Translations under genes and position numbers: made by a program
Notes under the pieces: model-generated
The model's input: the letters and a program-made list of their open reading frames with translations, nothing else
Databases searched by the model: none
What the model was told of the DNA's origin: nothing
Assembly: GCA_949294195.1 (NCBI GenBank)
Contig: CASFGK010000020.1
Location: 884-64,883 of the forward strand
Direction of reading: 5' to 3'
From: an uncultured Bacteroidales bacterium
GTDB lineage: Bacteria > Bacteroidota > Bacteroidia > Bacteroidales > UBA932
Length of the DNA stretch: 64,000 bases
Shown here: piece by piece, positions 28,491 through 39,400 of the stretch
Numbering within the stretch: the first letter of the stretch is position 1
How the letters are laid out: each line of letters begins with the position of its first letter

Positions 28491-31007
28491 ATGAAACACA
28501 AACTTTTGCTCGGACTTGTACCATTGGCGGCAATGCTCGCTTCATGCAGCGGCACAAATGCCAGTACCGAAGTCATAAAGAACGGCCTCCGTGCCCCTGC
28601 ATGGCCGCTTGTAACGATTGACCCGTACACAAGTGCGTGGTCAATGTCCGATAATCTTTACGACGGATCCGTGAAACACTGGACAGGAAAGGACTTTCCG
28701 CTCATAGGCGCTGTCAGTGTCGACGGCACCACATACCGTTTCATGGGGACAGAAGATATTGAACTGCTTCCGGTTGTGCCGACATCCCAGCAGGGACAGT
28801 GGTTCGGCAGCTATACTGAAAAAAAACCGTCAGGCGACTGGACGGTTCTCGATTATAACGATTCTTCATGGAAAAAAGCCGAAGGCGCATTCGGCACCAC
28901 AGTTAACGAGCCTATCGCCAAGACAGACTGGTCCAGCCCGAATATCTGGGTAAGACGCACATTCGAGCTTGATGAAGACCTCACAATGCACAAAGTATAT
29001 CTCGAGTTCTGTAACGATGACGATGCAGTTTTCTACATCAATGGAATCGAAGTTCACAATACGGGAGCGGTATGCCACAAGAACGAAGTGGTCAGAGTTC
29101 CTGACGAGGCGGCAGCTACTCTGAAGAAAGGAAAGAACATAATAGCAGCAGAGTGCAGGAACCCGGTGGCAAACGGGCTTCTGGATTTCGGACTTCTCAT
29201 TCAGAAGGAACTGCACACTGCACTTGAACTCACTGCACGGCAGACATCGGTAGATGTGCAGGCGACCCAGACGCATTATACCTTCGAATGCGGACCTGTA
29301 ACCCTTGCGCTGACATTCTCCGCCCCTCTTTTCATGGAGGATCTGGAACTCGTAAGCAGACCGGTAAACTATATCAGCTATGACATCAAGTCAAATGACG
29401 GCAAGAAACATGATGTCAGACTTTATGTGGAAGCATCTCCGAGATGGGCTCTCGACCAGCCATATCAGGAATGCGCAAGCGAGACCTTCACAGACGGGGA
29501 TCTGGTATTCGTGAAGTCAGGAAGCAAGGAGCAGAATATCCTGGCAAAGAAAGGAGATGACCTGAGAATCGACTGGGGTTACTTCTATCTGGCTGCAGAT
29601 AAAGACAATACCACTGCATCAATAAGTACTTCCGAACAACTCCGGGAGGCATTCGCAAACGGAGTTCCGCTTCCTGCTGTCGCTTCAGGTGAGAACAGCA
29701 ACGCCAAGATGGCTCTTGTCAGCGATTTAGGGAATACGGCATCTGCAAAAGGAAAGTTCCTGATCGGCTACGATGACATATACTCCATCCAGTATTTCGG
29801 ACAGAACCTCCGTCCTTACTGGAACGCAGACGGCAATGTCAGCATCATGGAAATGTTCCATCAGGCAGATGCACAATACAACGACCTGATAAGGAAATGC
29901 CATGAATTTGACAATACTCTCATGAAAGAGGCCATAGCTGCAGGAGGAAAGGAATATGCAGACCTCTGTGCCCTGGCATACAGGCACATCATGGCAGCGC
30001 ACAAGCTCGTGAAATCTCCGGACGGAGAACTCATGTGGCTTTCAAAAGAGAACAACAGCAACGGATGTATCGGAACTGTCGACCTCACTTATCCTTCTTC
30101 TCCGGTTTTCCTGTATTACAACCCTGAGCTTGCAAAAGCCATGATGAACCATATCTTCTACTACTCTGAAAGCGGAAAATGGACCAAGCCTTTCGCTGCC
30201 CACGATATAGGGACCTATCCGCTGGCAAACGGACAGGTATACGGTGGCGACATGCCTGTAGAGGAATCCGGAAACATGATTATCCTTACAGCGGCAGTAA
30301 GCAAAGTCCAGAATGACGCATCCTATGCCGAGAAGCACTGGGAGACACTGACAACATGGACCGATTATCTGGTAGAATTCGGTCTCGATCCGGCCAACCA
30401 GCTCTGTACCGATGACTTCGCAGGACACTTCGCTCACAACGTGAACCTGTCAGCCAAGGCAATTGTAGCCATTGCGTCTTACGGAATGATGGCAGAAATG
30501 CTTGGCAAAAGCGATATTGCAGAAAAATACACTGCAACGGCAAAATCCATGGCTCGGGAATGGATGAAGATGGCCGATGACGGAGACCATTACAGGCTTA
30601 CATTCGACAAGCCGGGAACATGGAGCCAGAAGTACAATATCGTATGGGACAAGCTTCTCGGTCTGGAACTGTTCCCTGAGGAAGTGTATGAAAAGGAAGT
30701 CGCATGGTATCTGGACCATCAGAACGAATACGGACTTCCACTCGACAACAGGGAAACCTACACCAAGACTGACTGGATAATGTGGACAGCTACTCTTGCC
30801 GATGACGCAGAGACTTTCCAGGCATTCATTTCGCCTGTCCACAAATTCTTCAATGAAACTGTGGACAGAGTGCCGATGTCCGACTGGATATGGACAGACA
30901 AGCCGAACTTCCGCGGATTCAAAGCCCGTTCCGTAGTCGGAGGATACTATATCAAGATGCTGGAAGACAAACTTGCGGAACAGTCCGTATACCAGGACAA
31001 CCGATGA
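28491..31007 (+). CDS. Glutaminase A-like (DUF4964/DUF5127/DUF4965/DUF1793-type) lipoprotein
   Basis: LRAPAWPLVTIDPYTSAWS, KENNSNG...TVD..YPS.P, MPVEESGNM, CTDDFAG, WSQKYN.VWDK, YTKTDW. Confidence 0.85.
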   Translation: MKHKLLLGLVPLAAMLASCSGTNASTEVIKNGLRAPAWPLVTIDPYTSAWSMSDNLYDGSVKHWTGKDFPLIGAVSVDGTTYRFMGTEDIELLPVVPTSQQGQWFGSYTEKKPSGDWTVLDYNDSSWKKAEGAFGTTVNEPIAKTDWSSPNIWVRRTFELDEDLTMHKVYLEFCNDDDAVFYINGIEVHNTGAVCHKNEVVRVPDEAAATLKKGKNIIAAECRNPVANGLLDFGLLIQKELHTALELTARQTSVDVQATQTHYTFECGPVTLALTFSAPLFMEDLELVSRPVNYISYDIKSNDGKKHDVRLYVEASPRWALDQPYQECASETFTDGDLVFVKSGSKEQNILAKKGDDLRIDWGYFYLAADKDNTTASISTSEQLREAFANGVPLPAVASGENSNAKMALVSDLGNTASAKGKFLIGYDDIYSIQYFGQNLRPYWNADGNVSIMEMFHQADAQYNDLIRKCHEFDNTLMKEAIAAGGKEYADLCALAYRHIMAAHKLVKSPDGELMWLSKENNSNGCIGTVDLTYPSSPVFLYYNPELAKAMMNHIFYYSESGKWTKPFAAHDIGTYPLANGQVYGGDMPVEESGNMIILTAAVSKVQNDASYAEKHWETLTTWTDYLVEFGLDPANQLCTDDFAGHFAHNVNLSAKAIVAIASYGMMAEMLGKSDIAEKYTATAKSMAREWMKMADDGDHYRLTFDKPGTWSQKYNIVWDKLLGLELFPEEVYEKEVAWYLDHQNEYGLPLDNRETYTKTDWIMWTATLADDAETFQAFISPVHKFFNETVDRVPMSDWIWTDKPNFRGFKARSVVGGYYIKMLEDKLAEQSVYQDNR

Positions 31008-33307
31008 CATACGAGAACACAAGATACAATAGGATGAAACGAATCATTTATACAATATGTCTGCTTCTCCCGGCTTTGGCTGCCCGGGGACAGCAGACAT
31101 CATACGCCGACTACGCAAGTCCGCTTGTCGGCACCATGTCGAAATTCGAACTTTCCACCGGCAATACCTATCCCGCTATCGCCAGACCATGGGGAATGAA
31201 CTTCTGGACACCACAGACAGGGGAAATGGGCAACGGATGGACATATACCTACACCGCCGACAAAATCCGCGGATTCAAGCAGACCCATCAGCCGAGTCCG
31301 TGGATGAACGATTACGGACAGTTCTCGATCATGCCTGTTTCCGGCGCCGTAGTGTTTGACCAGGATGAGAGGGCCAGCTGGTTTTCCCACAAGGCAGAGA
31401 CCGCTGCTCCATACTATTACAGCGTATATCTTGCCGACCACGACATTACGGTAGAGCTGACTCCGACAGAAAGAGCAGCCGCTTTCAGAATCACATATCC
31501 GGCTTCTGAAGGGAACGGCTCCTATCTGGTAGTAGATGCTTTTGACAGCGGATCCCATGTCAGGGTCATTCCTGAGGAAAACAAAATCGTAGGCTATACG
31601 ACCAAGAACAGCGGCGGTGTCCCGGACAATTTCAGGAACTGGTTCGTCATTGTGTCGGACACTCCGTTTTCATCGGTTTCTGTCGCACGTGACGGGAAAA
31701 TCTCCAAAGGAACCGAGGCAGAATGCGGCCATGCCGGCGCCATTGTAGGATTCGATACGGAACGCGGGCAGGAAGTGAACCTCAAGGTAGCTTCTTCCTT
31801 TATCAGTATCGGACAGGCGGAGCTGAATCTAAAGGAACTCGGTGACGGGAATTTCGACAGGATCAAAGCCGAAGGACGCGACCGCTGGAATGAAATTCTC
31901 GGCCGCATAGAAATCCGGGATGACAACACGGACAACATGCGCACGTTCTATTCATGTCTCTACCGTTCCGTACTTTTCCCTCGCGACTTCACGGAAATAA
32001 ATGCAGAAGGCAAACGCGTGCACTACAGTCCGTATAACGGCAAAGTCCTTCCCGGCTATCTGTTCACCGATACAGGATTCTGGGATACTTTCCGCTGCCT
32101 GTTCCCGCTGCTGAATCTCGTCTATCCGGAGATGAACGAGAAAATGCAGGAAGGACTGGTCAACGCTTATCTGGAAAGCGGATTCCTCCCTGAATGGGCC
32201 ACTCCGGGACAGAGAGCATGCATGATAGGAAACAACTCCGCTTCTGTCGTTGCTGACGCTTATGTGAAAGGGCTTTCAGGGTATGACATAGAGACCCTGT
32301 GGGAAGCTGTCATACACGGCGCCAACGCCGAACTGAAAGGCACCGATGCAGGACGTGTCGGATTCGAGGAATACAACAGATACGGCTATATCCCTTGCGA
32401 TCTGGGCATTGAAAAGAATGTCGCAAGGACTCTTGAATACGCATACAATGACTGGTGCATATATACCCTCGGGAAAAAGCTCGGCAAACCGGAAAGCGCA
32501 CTTGAACAGTACAGGAAACATGCATTCAACTACCGCAATGTCTACCATCCGGAAAAGAAACTGATGGCGGGAAAAGACTCAAAAGGTGTGTTCCGTCCTG
32601 ATTTTGAAGGAACAGACTGGAGCTGGGATTTCTGCGAAGGCAACAGCTGGCACTGGAGTTTCTGCGTATTTCACGATCCGGCCGGTCTTATCAGCCTGAT
32701 GGGAGGAGAAAAAGAGTTCAATACAATGATGGACTCCGTGTTCGTAATGCCGAGCTATCTGGGCATGGACAGTCGCGGAATGATCCATGAAATGAGAGAA
32801 ATGCAGGTCATGGACATGGGACAGTATGCACATGGAAACCAGCCTATCCAGCACATGGTATACATGTACAACTGGAGCGGACAGCCGTGGAAGACACAGT
32901 ACAGGGTACGCGAAATCATGGACAAGCTCTATAGCGCAGCTCCTGACGGATACTGCGGAGACGAAGACAACGGACAGACTTCCGCATGGTATGTATTTTC
33001 CGCTCTCGGATTCTATCCTGTATGCCCGGGTACGGACCAGTATATTTTGGGCTCGCCGCTTTTCAAGAAAGCCACGGTGCATCTGACAGACGGGAAAGAT
33101 CTGGTCATTTCTGCCGGAAACAATTCTGAAGATAACATCTATATCGGCGGGATGAAAGTGGGAGGAAAGGACTACACAAAGAACTATCTTACTCACAATC
33201 AGCTTATTTCAGGTGGAGAAATAGTTTTCGACATGGTTCCGGAACCTGATTGTAGCCGAGGCACATCAGACTCTGACAAACCGTATTCCTTCTCCAAAGA
33301 GCAATAA
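31004..33307 (+). CDS. GH92 alpha-mannosidase
   Basis: STGNTYPA...PWGMNFWTPQTG, GFWDTFR, TLEYAYND, GDEDNGQTSAWY. Start is 31004 (ATGA overlap) or 31034. Confidence 0.95.
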   Translation: MTYENTRYNRMKRIIYTICLLLPALAARGQQTSYADYASPLVGTMSKFELSTGNTYPAIARPWGMNFWTPQTGEMGNGWTYTYTADKIRGFKQTHQPSPWMNDYGQFSIMPVSGAVVFDQDERASWFSHKAETAAPYYYSVYLADHDITVELTPTERAAAFRITYPASEGNGSYLVVDAFDSGSHVRVIPEENKIVGYTTKNSGGVPDNFRNWFVIVSDTPFSSVSVARDGKISKGTEAECGHAGAIVGFDTERGQEVNLKVASSFISIGQAELNLKELGDGNFDRIKAEGRDRWNEILGRIEIRDDNTDNMRTFYSCLYRSVLFPRDFTEINAEGKRVHYSPYNGKVLPGYLFTDTGFWDTFRCLFPLLNLVYPEMNEKMQEGLVNAYLESGFLPEWATPGQRACMIGNNSASVVADAYVKGLSGYDIETLWEAVIHGANAELKGTDAGRVGFEEYNRYGYIPCDLGIEKNVARTLEYAYNDWCIYTLGKKLGKPESALEQYRKHAFNYRNVYHPEKKLMAGKDSKGVFRPDFEGTDWSWDFCEGNSWHWSFCVFHDPAGLISLMGGEKEFNTMMDSVFVMPSYLGMDSRGMIHEMREMQVMDMGQYAHGNQPIQHMVYMYNWSGQPWKTQYRVREIMDKLYSAAPDGYCGDEDNGQTSAWYVFSALGFYPVCPGTDQYILGSPLFKKATVHLTDGKDLVISAGNNSEDNIYIGGMKVGGKDYTKNYLTHNQLISGGEIVFDMVPEPDCSRGTSDSDKPYSFSKEQ

Positions 33308-33328
33308 CCCTGTAACAGAGTATTCTTA

Positions 33329-33371
33329 CGGGAATCCGGTTCATTTTGATTTAATTATGACCGGATTCCCG
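33329..33371 (+). terminator. Hairpin at PUL 3' end
   Basis: CGGGAATCCGGT...ACCGGATTCCCG followed by ATTTTT. Confidence 0.7.
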
Positions 33372-33451
33372 ATTTTTGTCTATTTTTGCAGCCGCAATTC
33401 AAGTCGTGTCTGGTCAACAGCTAAAGTCATATCATTAATTCCTGGCAGCAA

Positions 33452-34957
33452 ATGGCTGATATGAAAAGAAAAAACAACAATGGTATCCTTCGCGAGCCGT
33501 CATGGCCGGTCTCGCTCGTCCCTTTCATAGTACTGACCCTGTCGCTGGTGGTGGTCATAAGCATTTTCGGTGCCGACGCCCTTTCAGGGGGAAGTCAGGT
33601 GTGCCTGCTTCTTGCATCGGCAGTAACAGTGGCTATTTCCATGTTTGTGTACAAAACTCCATGGGAAACGCTTGAAGACTGTATTCTGGACAACATCAGG
33701 TCTGTCGGCAGTGCTGTCCTCATCCTGCTTCTGATAGGAGCCATAGCGGGGACATGGATGGTCAGCGGGATTGTCCCGGCAATGATATGTTACGGGATGA
33801 AGGTCATTTTCCCTTCCATATTCCTGGCGGCAGCATGCGCCATAAGTGCCCTGGTTTCAGTCATGACAGGCAGCTCCTGGACAACAATAGCCACTATAGG
33901 GGTAGCACTTATAGGTATCGGCACGGCCCAGGGGTTTGAGCCGGGATGGACTGCAGGAGCGATTATCTCCGGAGCATATTTCGGAGACAAGGTCTCCCCT
34001 CTGTCGGACACCACAGTCCTTGCCTCATCCTCTTCAGGGACACCACTTTTCACTCATATCAGATATATGATGATCACGACCATACCGTCTCTGACCATAG
34101 CACTGGCAATATTCCTGACAGCAAGCCTTCTGCATCCGGCATCGGAGTTTTCCCAGACAGCTGAATTTTCGGAATCCCTGCGGTCGACATTCCATATCAC
34201 CCCATGGCTTCTGGCGGTGCCTGTTCTGACAGGAGTGCTGATTGTCAAGAAAGTACCGGCTATCCTGACACTATTCAGCGCGGCGGCTATGGCTGCTGTA
34301 GCTGCTATTGTGTTCCAGCCGCAGGCCGTATGGGCCGTTGCCAATCCCGAGTCTTCCCTCTCAGGCTTCACCGGCCTTTCCTTCATGGATGCATGCAAGG
34401 GAATTATGGTCACATTCTACGGATCGACAGGCATCCAGACCGGAAATGAAGCAATAGATTCGCTCATATCGACCAGGGGAATGACAGGAATGCTCAACAC
34501 CATTTTCCTGATAATCTGTTCTGTGACTTTCGGAGGAGTACTTGCAGGAAGCGGTATGCTGCGCAGCCTGACCGAGCTTTTCGCAAAACTGGCTCACAGG
34601 GCTGTTACCCTCGTCAGTTCTACAGTAGGTACCGGCCTGCTGTGCAATATGGTGACAGGAGACCAGTACATCTCCATTATCCTCACCAGCAACCTGTACA
34701 AAAAACTTTACGAGCAGAAAGGATACGAAAAAAGGCTTCTCAGCCGCTCGGTAGAAGATTCAGCGACAGTCACCTCTGTACTTATTCCATGGAACTCATG
34801 CGGAATGACCCAGGCTACCGTGCTGAAAGTCCCGACTTTGGATTACCTGCCGTACTGCTTCTTCAATATCGTTTCCCCGCTGATGTCCGTCACAATAGCG
34901 GCCATAGGATATAAGATATTCAGGGTACACCCGAAAAGATCCGAATCAGGGAAATGA
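33452..34957 (+). CDS. nhaC: Na+/H+ antiporter NhaC family
   Basis: Many TM helices, TGSSWTT..T.G, SGAYFGDK.SPLSDTT, LIPWN.CG. Confidence 0.9.
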   Translation: MADMKRKNNNGILREPSWPVSLVPFIVLTLSLVVVISIFGADALSGGSQVCLLLASAVTVAISMFVYKTPWETLEDCILDNIRSVGSAVLILLLIGAIAGTWMVSGIVPAMICYGMKVIFPSIFLAAACAISALVSVMTGSSWTTIATIGVALIGIGTAQGFEPGWTAGAIISGAYFGDKVSPLSDTTVLASSSSGTPLFTHIRYMMITTIPSLTIALAIFLTASLLHPASEFSQTAEFSESLRSTFHITPWLLAVPVLTGVLIVKKVPAILTLFSAAAMAAVAAIVFQPQAVWAVANPESSLSGFTGLSFMDACKGIMVTFYGSTGIQTGNEAIDSLISTRGMTGMLNTIFLIICSVTFGGVLAGSGMLRSLTELFAKLAHRAVTLVSSTVGTGLLCNMVTGDQYISIILTSNLYKKLYEQKGYEKRLLSRSVEDSATVTSVLIPWNSCGMTQATVLKVPTLDYLPYCFFNIVSPLMSVTIAAIGYKIFRVHPKRSESGK

Positions 34958-35030
34958 CATCTGCAAGACAGTCCCGTCTGAACAGATGAGGGCCCCTGTC
35001 CTTTTAGCCGAAACTGCTCCGGCACCGAAC

Positions 35031-35063
35031 AAAAAATAACGCGCTGAAAATCAGCGCGTTATT
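35031..35063. terminator. Terminator downstream of tRNA-Arg / nhaC
   Basis: AATAACGCGCTGA-aaa-TCAGCGCGTTATT with a flanking A-tract. Confidence 0.8.
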
Positions 35064-35074
35064 CATAAGCCATG

Positions 35075-35146
35075 TACCCCCGTGCGGAATCGAACCGCAA
35101 CCGTCGGAACCGGAATCCGAAATTCTATCCATTAAACTACGGAGGC
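35075..35146 (-). tRNA. tRNA-Arg(CCG)
   Basis: GCCTCCGTAGTTTAATGGATAGAATTTCGGATTCCGGTTCCGACGGTTGCGGTTCGATTCCGCACGGGGGTA folds as a cloverleaf with anticodon CCG. CCA is not encoded. Confidence 0.95.
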
Positions 35147-35307
35147 AATTACCGTTCGGGAACTTTATTCCGAAACGGTCGGCAAATATAGTGTTTTTTC
35201 CTTTCATATCTCCATTTTTTTTGTACTTTTGCCACCGGAATTCCGGTAATGCCACAGAAACGGCGGTCCGGCCAGATCCGATTGTAATTTTGTAAAACAT
35301 ATTAGGA

Positions 35308-36195
35308 ATGAAAAAAGCTTACGTTTTCCCTGGTCAGGGATCACAGTTCCCTGGAATGGCCAAGGATCTTTACGAGTCAAACACTACTGCAAAGGAAATG
35401 CTTGAAAAAGCAAATGAAATCCTGAAATTCAGAATTACCGACATAATGTTCGGCGGCACTCCTGAAGAACTGAAAGCCACCAACGTGACACAGCCTGCAG
35501 TATTCCTGCATTCGACGGTACTTGCAAAATGCTATGACGGTTTCCAGCCGGACATGGTTGCGGGACACTCCCTCGGAGAGTTCTCCGCCCTTGCAGCTGC
35601 CGGAGCAATGGATTTTGAAGATGCGCTCAGACTGGTTTCAATCAGGGCAAGGGCAATGCAAAAGGCATGTGAGATCAAGCCTTCGACCATGGCCGCCATC
35701 ATTGCTCTCCCTACAGAGAAAGTGGAAGAAATATGCAAGGAGTGCACAAGCGGGATTGTCGTGCCTGCAAACTACAACTGCGACGGACAGATTGTCATTT
35801 CAGGTGAAATCGATGCAATAAAGGACGTATGCGACAAGATGCTTGCAGCCGGTGCGAAAAGGGCACTTATCCTCAAAGTAGGCGGAGCTTTCCACTCCCC
35901 TCTCATGGAACCGGCACGTGCAGAGCTTGCAAAAGCCATTGAGTCAACAACTTTCAAGACTCCTGTATGCCCTGTGTACCAGAATGTCACGGCTCTCCCG
36001 TCCACTGATCCGGACACCATCAAGGAAAATCTCCTTGCCCAGCTGACATCTCCTGTCAAGTGGACACAGACGGTCAAGAACATGGTAGCGGACGGCGCCG
36101 GATACTTCATGGAAATCGGACCCGGCAACGTACTTCAGGGACTTGTCAAGAAGATTGCCGGTGACGTGACAATCGAAGGTCTTGCCACCCTTTAG
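35308..36195 (+). CDS. fabD: Malonyl CoA-ACP transacylase
   Basis: FPGQGSQ, TQPA, GHSLGE, GAFHSPLM. Confidence 0.97.
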   Translation: MKKAYVFPGQGSQFPGMAKDLYESNTTAKEMLEKANEILKFRITDIMFGGTPEELKATNVTQPAVFLHSTVLAKCYDGFQPDMVAGHSLGEFSALAAAGAMDFEDALRLVSIRARAMQKACEIKPSTMAAIIALPTEKVEEICKECTSGIVVPANYNCDGQIVISGEIDAIKDVCDKMLAAGAKRALILKVGGAFHSPLMEPARAELAKAIESTTFKTPVCPVYQNVTALPSTDPDTIKENLLAQLTSPVKWTQTVKNMVADGAGYFMEIGPGNVLQGLVKKIAGDVTIEGLATL

Positions 36196-36218
36196 ACGAT
36201 ACGGCAGAGATATGGTTA

Positions 36219-36288
36219 TTTGGTCATTCCGGAAAAATCCGGAATCCGGAACTGTCAACGGATTCTGAATTTGCCCGGAATGGCCAAA
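36219..36288 (+). terminator. Long imperfect hairpin after fabD
   Basis: TTTGGTCATTCCGG...CCGGAATGGCCAAA with inner GGAATCCG/CGGATTCT pairing. Confidence 0.55.
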
Positions 36289-36422
36289 ACTATTTTTCCC
36301 AATCCAATGAATTACATTTTTTTTAATTAAATTTGCTACGATATTGTCTTAACCTCCGCGGAATCTGCGGAATTATTGCGTGACAATACACAACATACTA
36401 CATAATAAACAAATTAACGATT

Positions 36423-39400
36423 ATGGCAAACGAAAAAAAATTCATCACTTGTGACGGTAACTATGCCGCAGCGCATATGGCTTACCTCTTCAGTGAGCAG
36501 GCAGCCATCTATCCTATCACTCCGTCTTCAACAATGGCAGAGTACGTGGATGAGTGGGCCGCACAAGGAAAAAAGAACCTTTTCGGTGAAATCGTAAAAG
36601 TAACTGAAATGCAGAGCGAAGGCGGAGCTGCAGGTGCAGTGCACGGATCTCTCCAGGCCGGAGCCCTGACAACCACATTCACAGCTTCACAGGGTCTTCT
36701 CCTGATGATTCCGAACATGTACAAGATTGCGGGTGAAATGCTTCCTGCAGTTTTCCATGTTTCCGCACGAGCACTTGCTTCCCATGCACTTTCAATTTTC
36801 GGTGACCATCAGGATGTAATGGCTTGCCGCCAGACAGGATTTGCGATGCTCGCATCTGCATCTGTCCAGGAAGCTCTCGACCTTGCAGCCGTAGCTCATC
36901 TTTCAGCTATCAAGTCCAGCATACCTTTCCTCCACTACTTCGACGGATTCCGTACATCACATGAAATCCAGAAAATCGAGCTTATCGATGAAGACGCGCT
37001 CAGAGGAATGATAAGCACCAAGTCCCTCGCAAGATTCAGGGAAAGGGCACTCAGTCCAGACTCTCCTGTCACACGCGGAACAGCGCAGAACAGCGACGTA
37101 TATTTCCAGGCACGCGAAGCTTGCAACCAATATTATGACGCAGTTCCTGATGTCGTTGCCCGCTATATGGGTGAAATCAGCGAACTCACCGGAAGAAACT
37201 ACCGTCCTTTCGACTACTACGGTGCCCCGGATGCAGAGAACGTCATCATCGCCATGGGTTCTGTTACAGAGACCATCAAGGAGACGATCGACCATCTCGC
37301 TGCCCAGGGCAAGAAGTACGGACTCGTGATTGTCCGTCTCTACAGGCCTTTCTCTGCAAAATATTTCATGAAAGCGCTTCCTGAGACAGTCAAGAGAATC
37401 GCTGTCCTCGACCGCACCAAGGAACCCGGATCTCTCGGAGAGCCTCTGTTCCTTGACATCAAGGCTCTGTTCCAAGGCAAGGAAAACGCACCTCTCGTAA
37501 TCGGAGGCCGCTACGGTCTTTCTTCAAAAGACACTTCGCCTGCACAGATCCACGCCGTTTATGAAAATCTCGAGCTTGCTGAGCCTAAAGACGGATTCAC
37601 TCTTGGAATCGTAGATGACGTTACATTCAAGTCACTCCCTGTCAAAGATGAAGTCAGCATCGTAAAACCAGGTACTACAGAGTGCAAATTCTACGGTCTC
37701 GGCTCTGACGGTACAGTCGGTGCAAACAAAAACACTATCAAGATCATCGGGGACCACACCCAGAAATACTGCCAGGGCTACTTTGACTATGACTCAAAGA
37801 AATCAGGCGGATACACATGCTCTCACCTGAGATTCGGAGACTCCCCTATCAAGGCGCCTTATCTGGTATCGACTCCTGATTTCGTCGCTTGCCATGTTCC
37901 TTCATACCTTTACAAATACGATGTATTGAAAGGTATCAAGCAGAACGGTACATTCCTTCTCAACAGCCTGTGGGATGTAGAGGAAACTCTCAAGAGAGTT
38001 CCGGACAACGTTAAAGCCATAATCGGGAAAAAGAACATTTCCTTCTACATCATCAATGCAACCAAGATTGCCGCTGAAATCGGCCTGGGCGGAAGGACAA
38101 ACACCATCCTCCAGTCAGCGTTCTTCAAGATTACCGGCATCATACCTTACGAGGATGCAGTAACATATATGAAGAAAGCCATCGAGAAGAGCTACGGAAA
38201 GAAGGGAGAGAATGTCGTCAAGATGAACTATGCTGCTGTCGACAGAGGCGGCGAATACATCAAAGTCGATGTTCCTGCAGACTGGAAAGACATCACAGCC
38301 AAGTTCGAGAATCCTAACAAGGACCGTCTTGCACCTGAGTTCGTGAAGAACATCGCAGACGTAGTCAACGCACAGTGCGGCGATACACTTCCTGTCAGCG
38401 CATTTGTAGAGCAGGCTGACGGTACTATCCCTGCCGGCACTACGGCTTACGAGAAGAGGGGTATTGCAGTCAAAGTTCCAGAGTGGAAAGCCGAGAACTG
38501 TATCCAGTGCAACACCTGTGCATTTGTCTGTCCTCACGCTGCCATCCGTCCGTTCCTTATGACAGCAGACGAAGCTGCCGCAGCTCCTGCAGACATCAAG
38601 AAGGCTCAGGGCAAGGCTGTATTCAAGGACTACACATTCACTATGCAGGTATCCCCTGCCGACTGTACAGGCTGCGGCAACTGTGCCGATGTCTGCCCTG
38701 CGAAAGAGAAAGCCCTCGTCATGGTTTCCGCAGAAACTCAGGACCACGAGCAGGCAAACTACGACTACCTCCACTCTCATGTAGGATATAAGGAAAACGT
38801 TCAGAACAAGTTCCAGAACGTGAAGAACGCACAGTTCGCACAGCCTCTGTTCGAGTTCTCAGGTGCGTGCGCAGGTTGCGGCGAGACTCCTTACATCAAG
38901 ACCATTACACAGCTGTACGGTGACCATATGATGATTGCCAATGCTACAGGCTGCTCTTCTATCTACGGAGCTTCATATCCTGCTTCCCCTTACTGCACAA
39001 ACGCACACGGACACGGTCCTTCATGGGCTAACTCACTGTTCGAGGACAGTGCGGAATTCGGACTCGGAATGAAACTCGGTTCAGACAGGGCCAGAGAAAC
39101 TGTTGCACGTCTGATGGAAGAAGGCCTTGCATGCACTTGCTGCTCGGATGAGATCAAGGCACAGTTCACCAAGTGGCTCGAAAACAGGAACGACGCCAAA
39201 GTGACTCGCGAAGTAGCAGACGCACTTGTTCCCCTCATGGAGGCATGCGGATGTGACATCTGCAAGCAGTTGCTTGTTTACAAGCACTTTATCCCGGCCC
39301 GCTCACAGTGGATCATCGGCGGTGACGGTTGGGCATACGATATCGGATACGGCGGACTCGACCAGGTTCTTGCATCCGGAGAGAATGTGAATGTACTCGT

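Noticed and set aside
35075-35146. tRNA-Arg as an integration site
   Set aside because: No integrase and no duplicated tRNA 3' end seen. The flanks are housekeeping genes.
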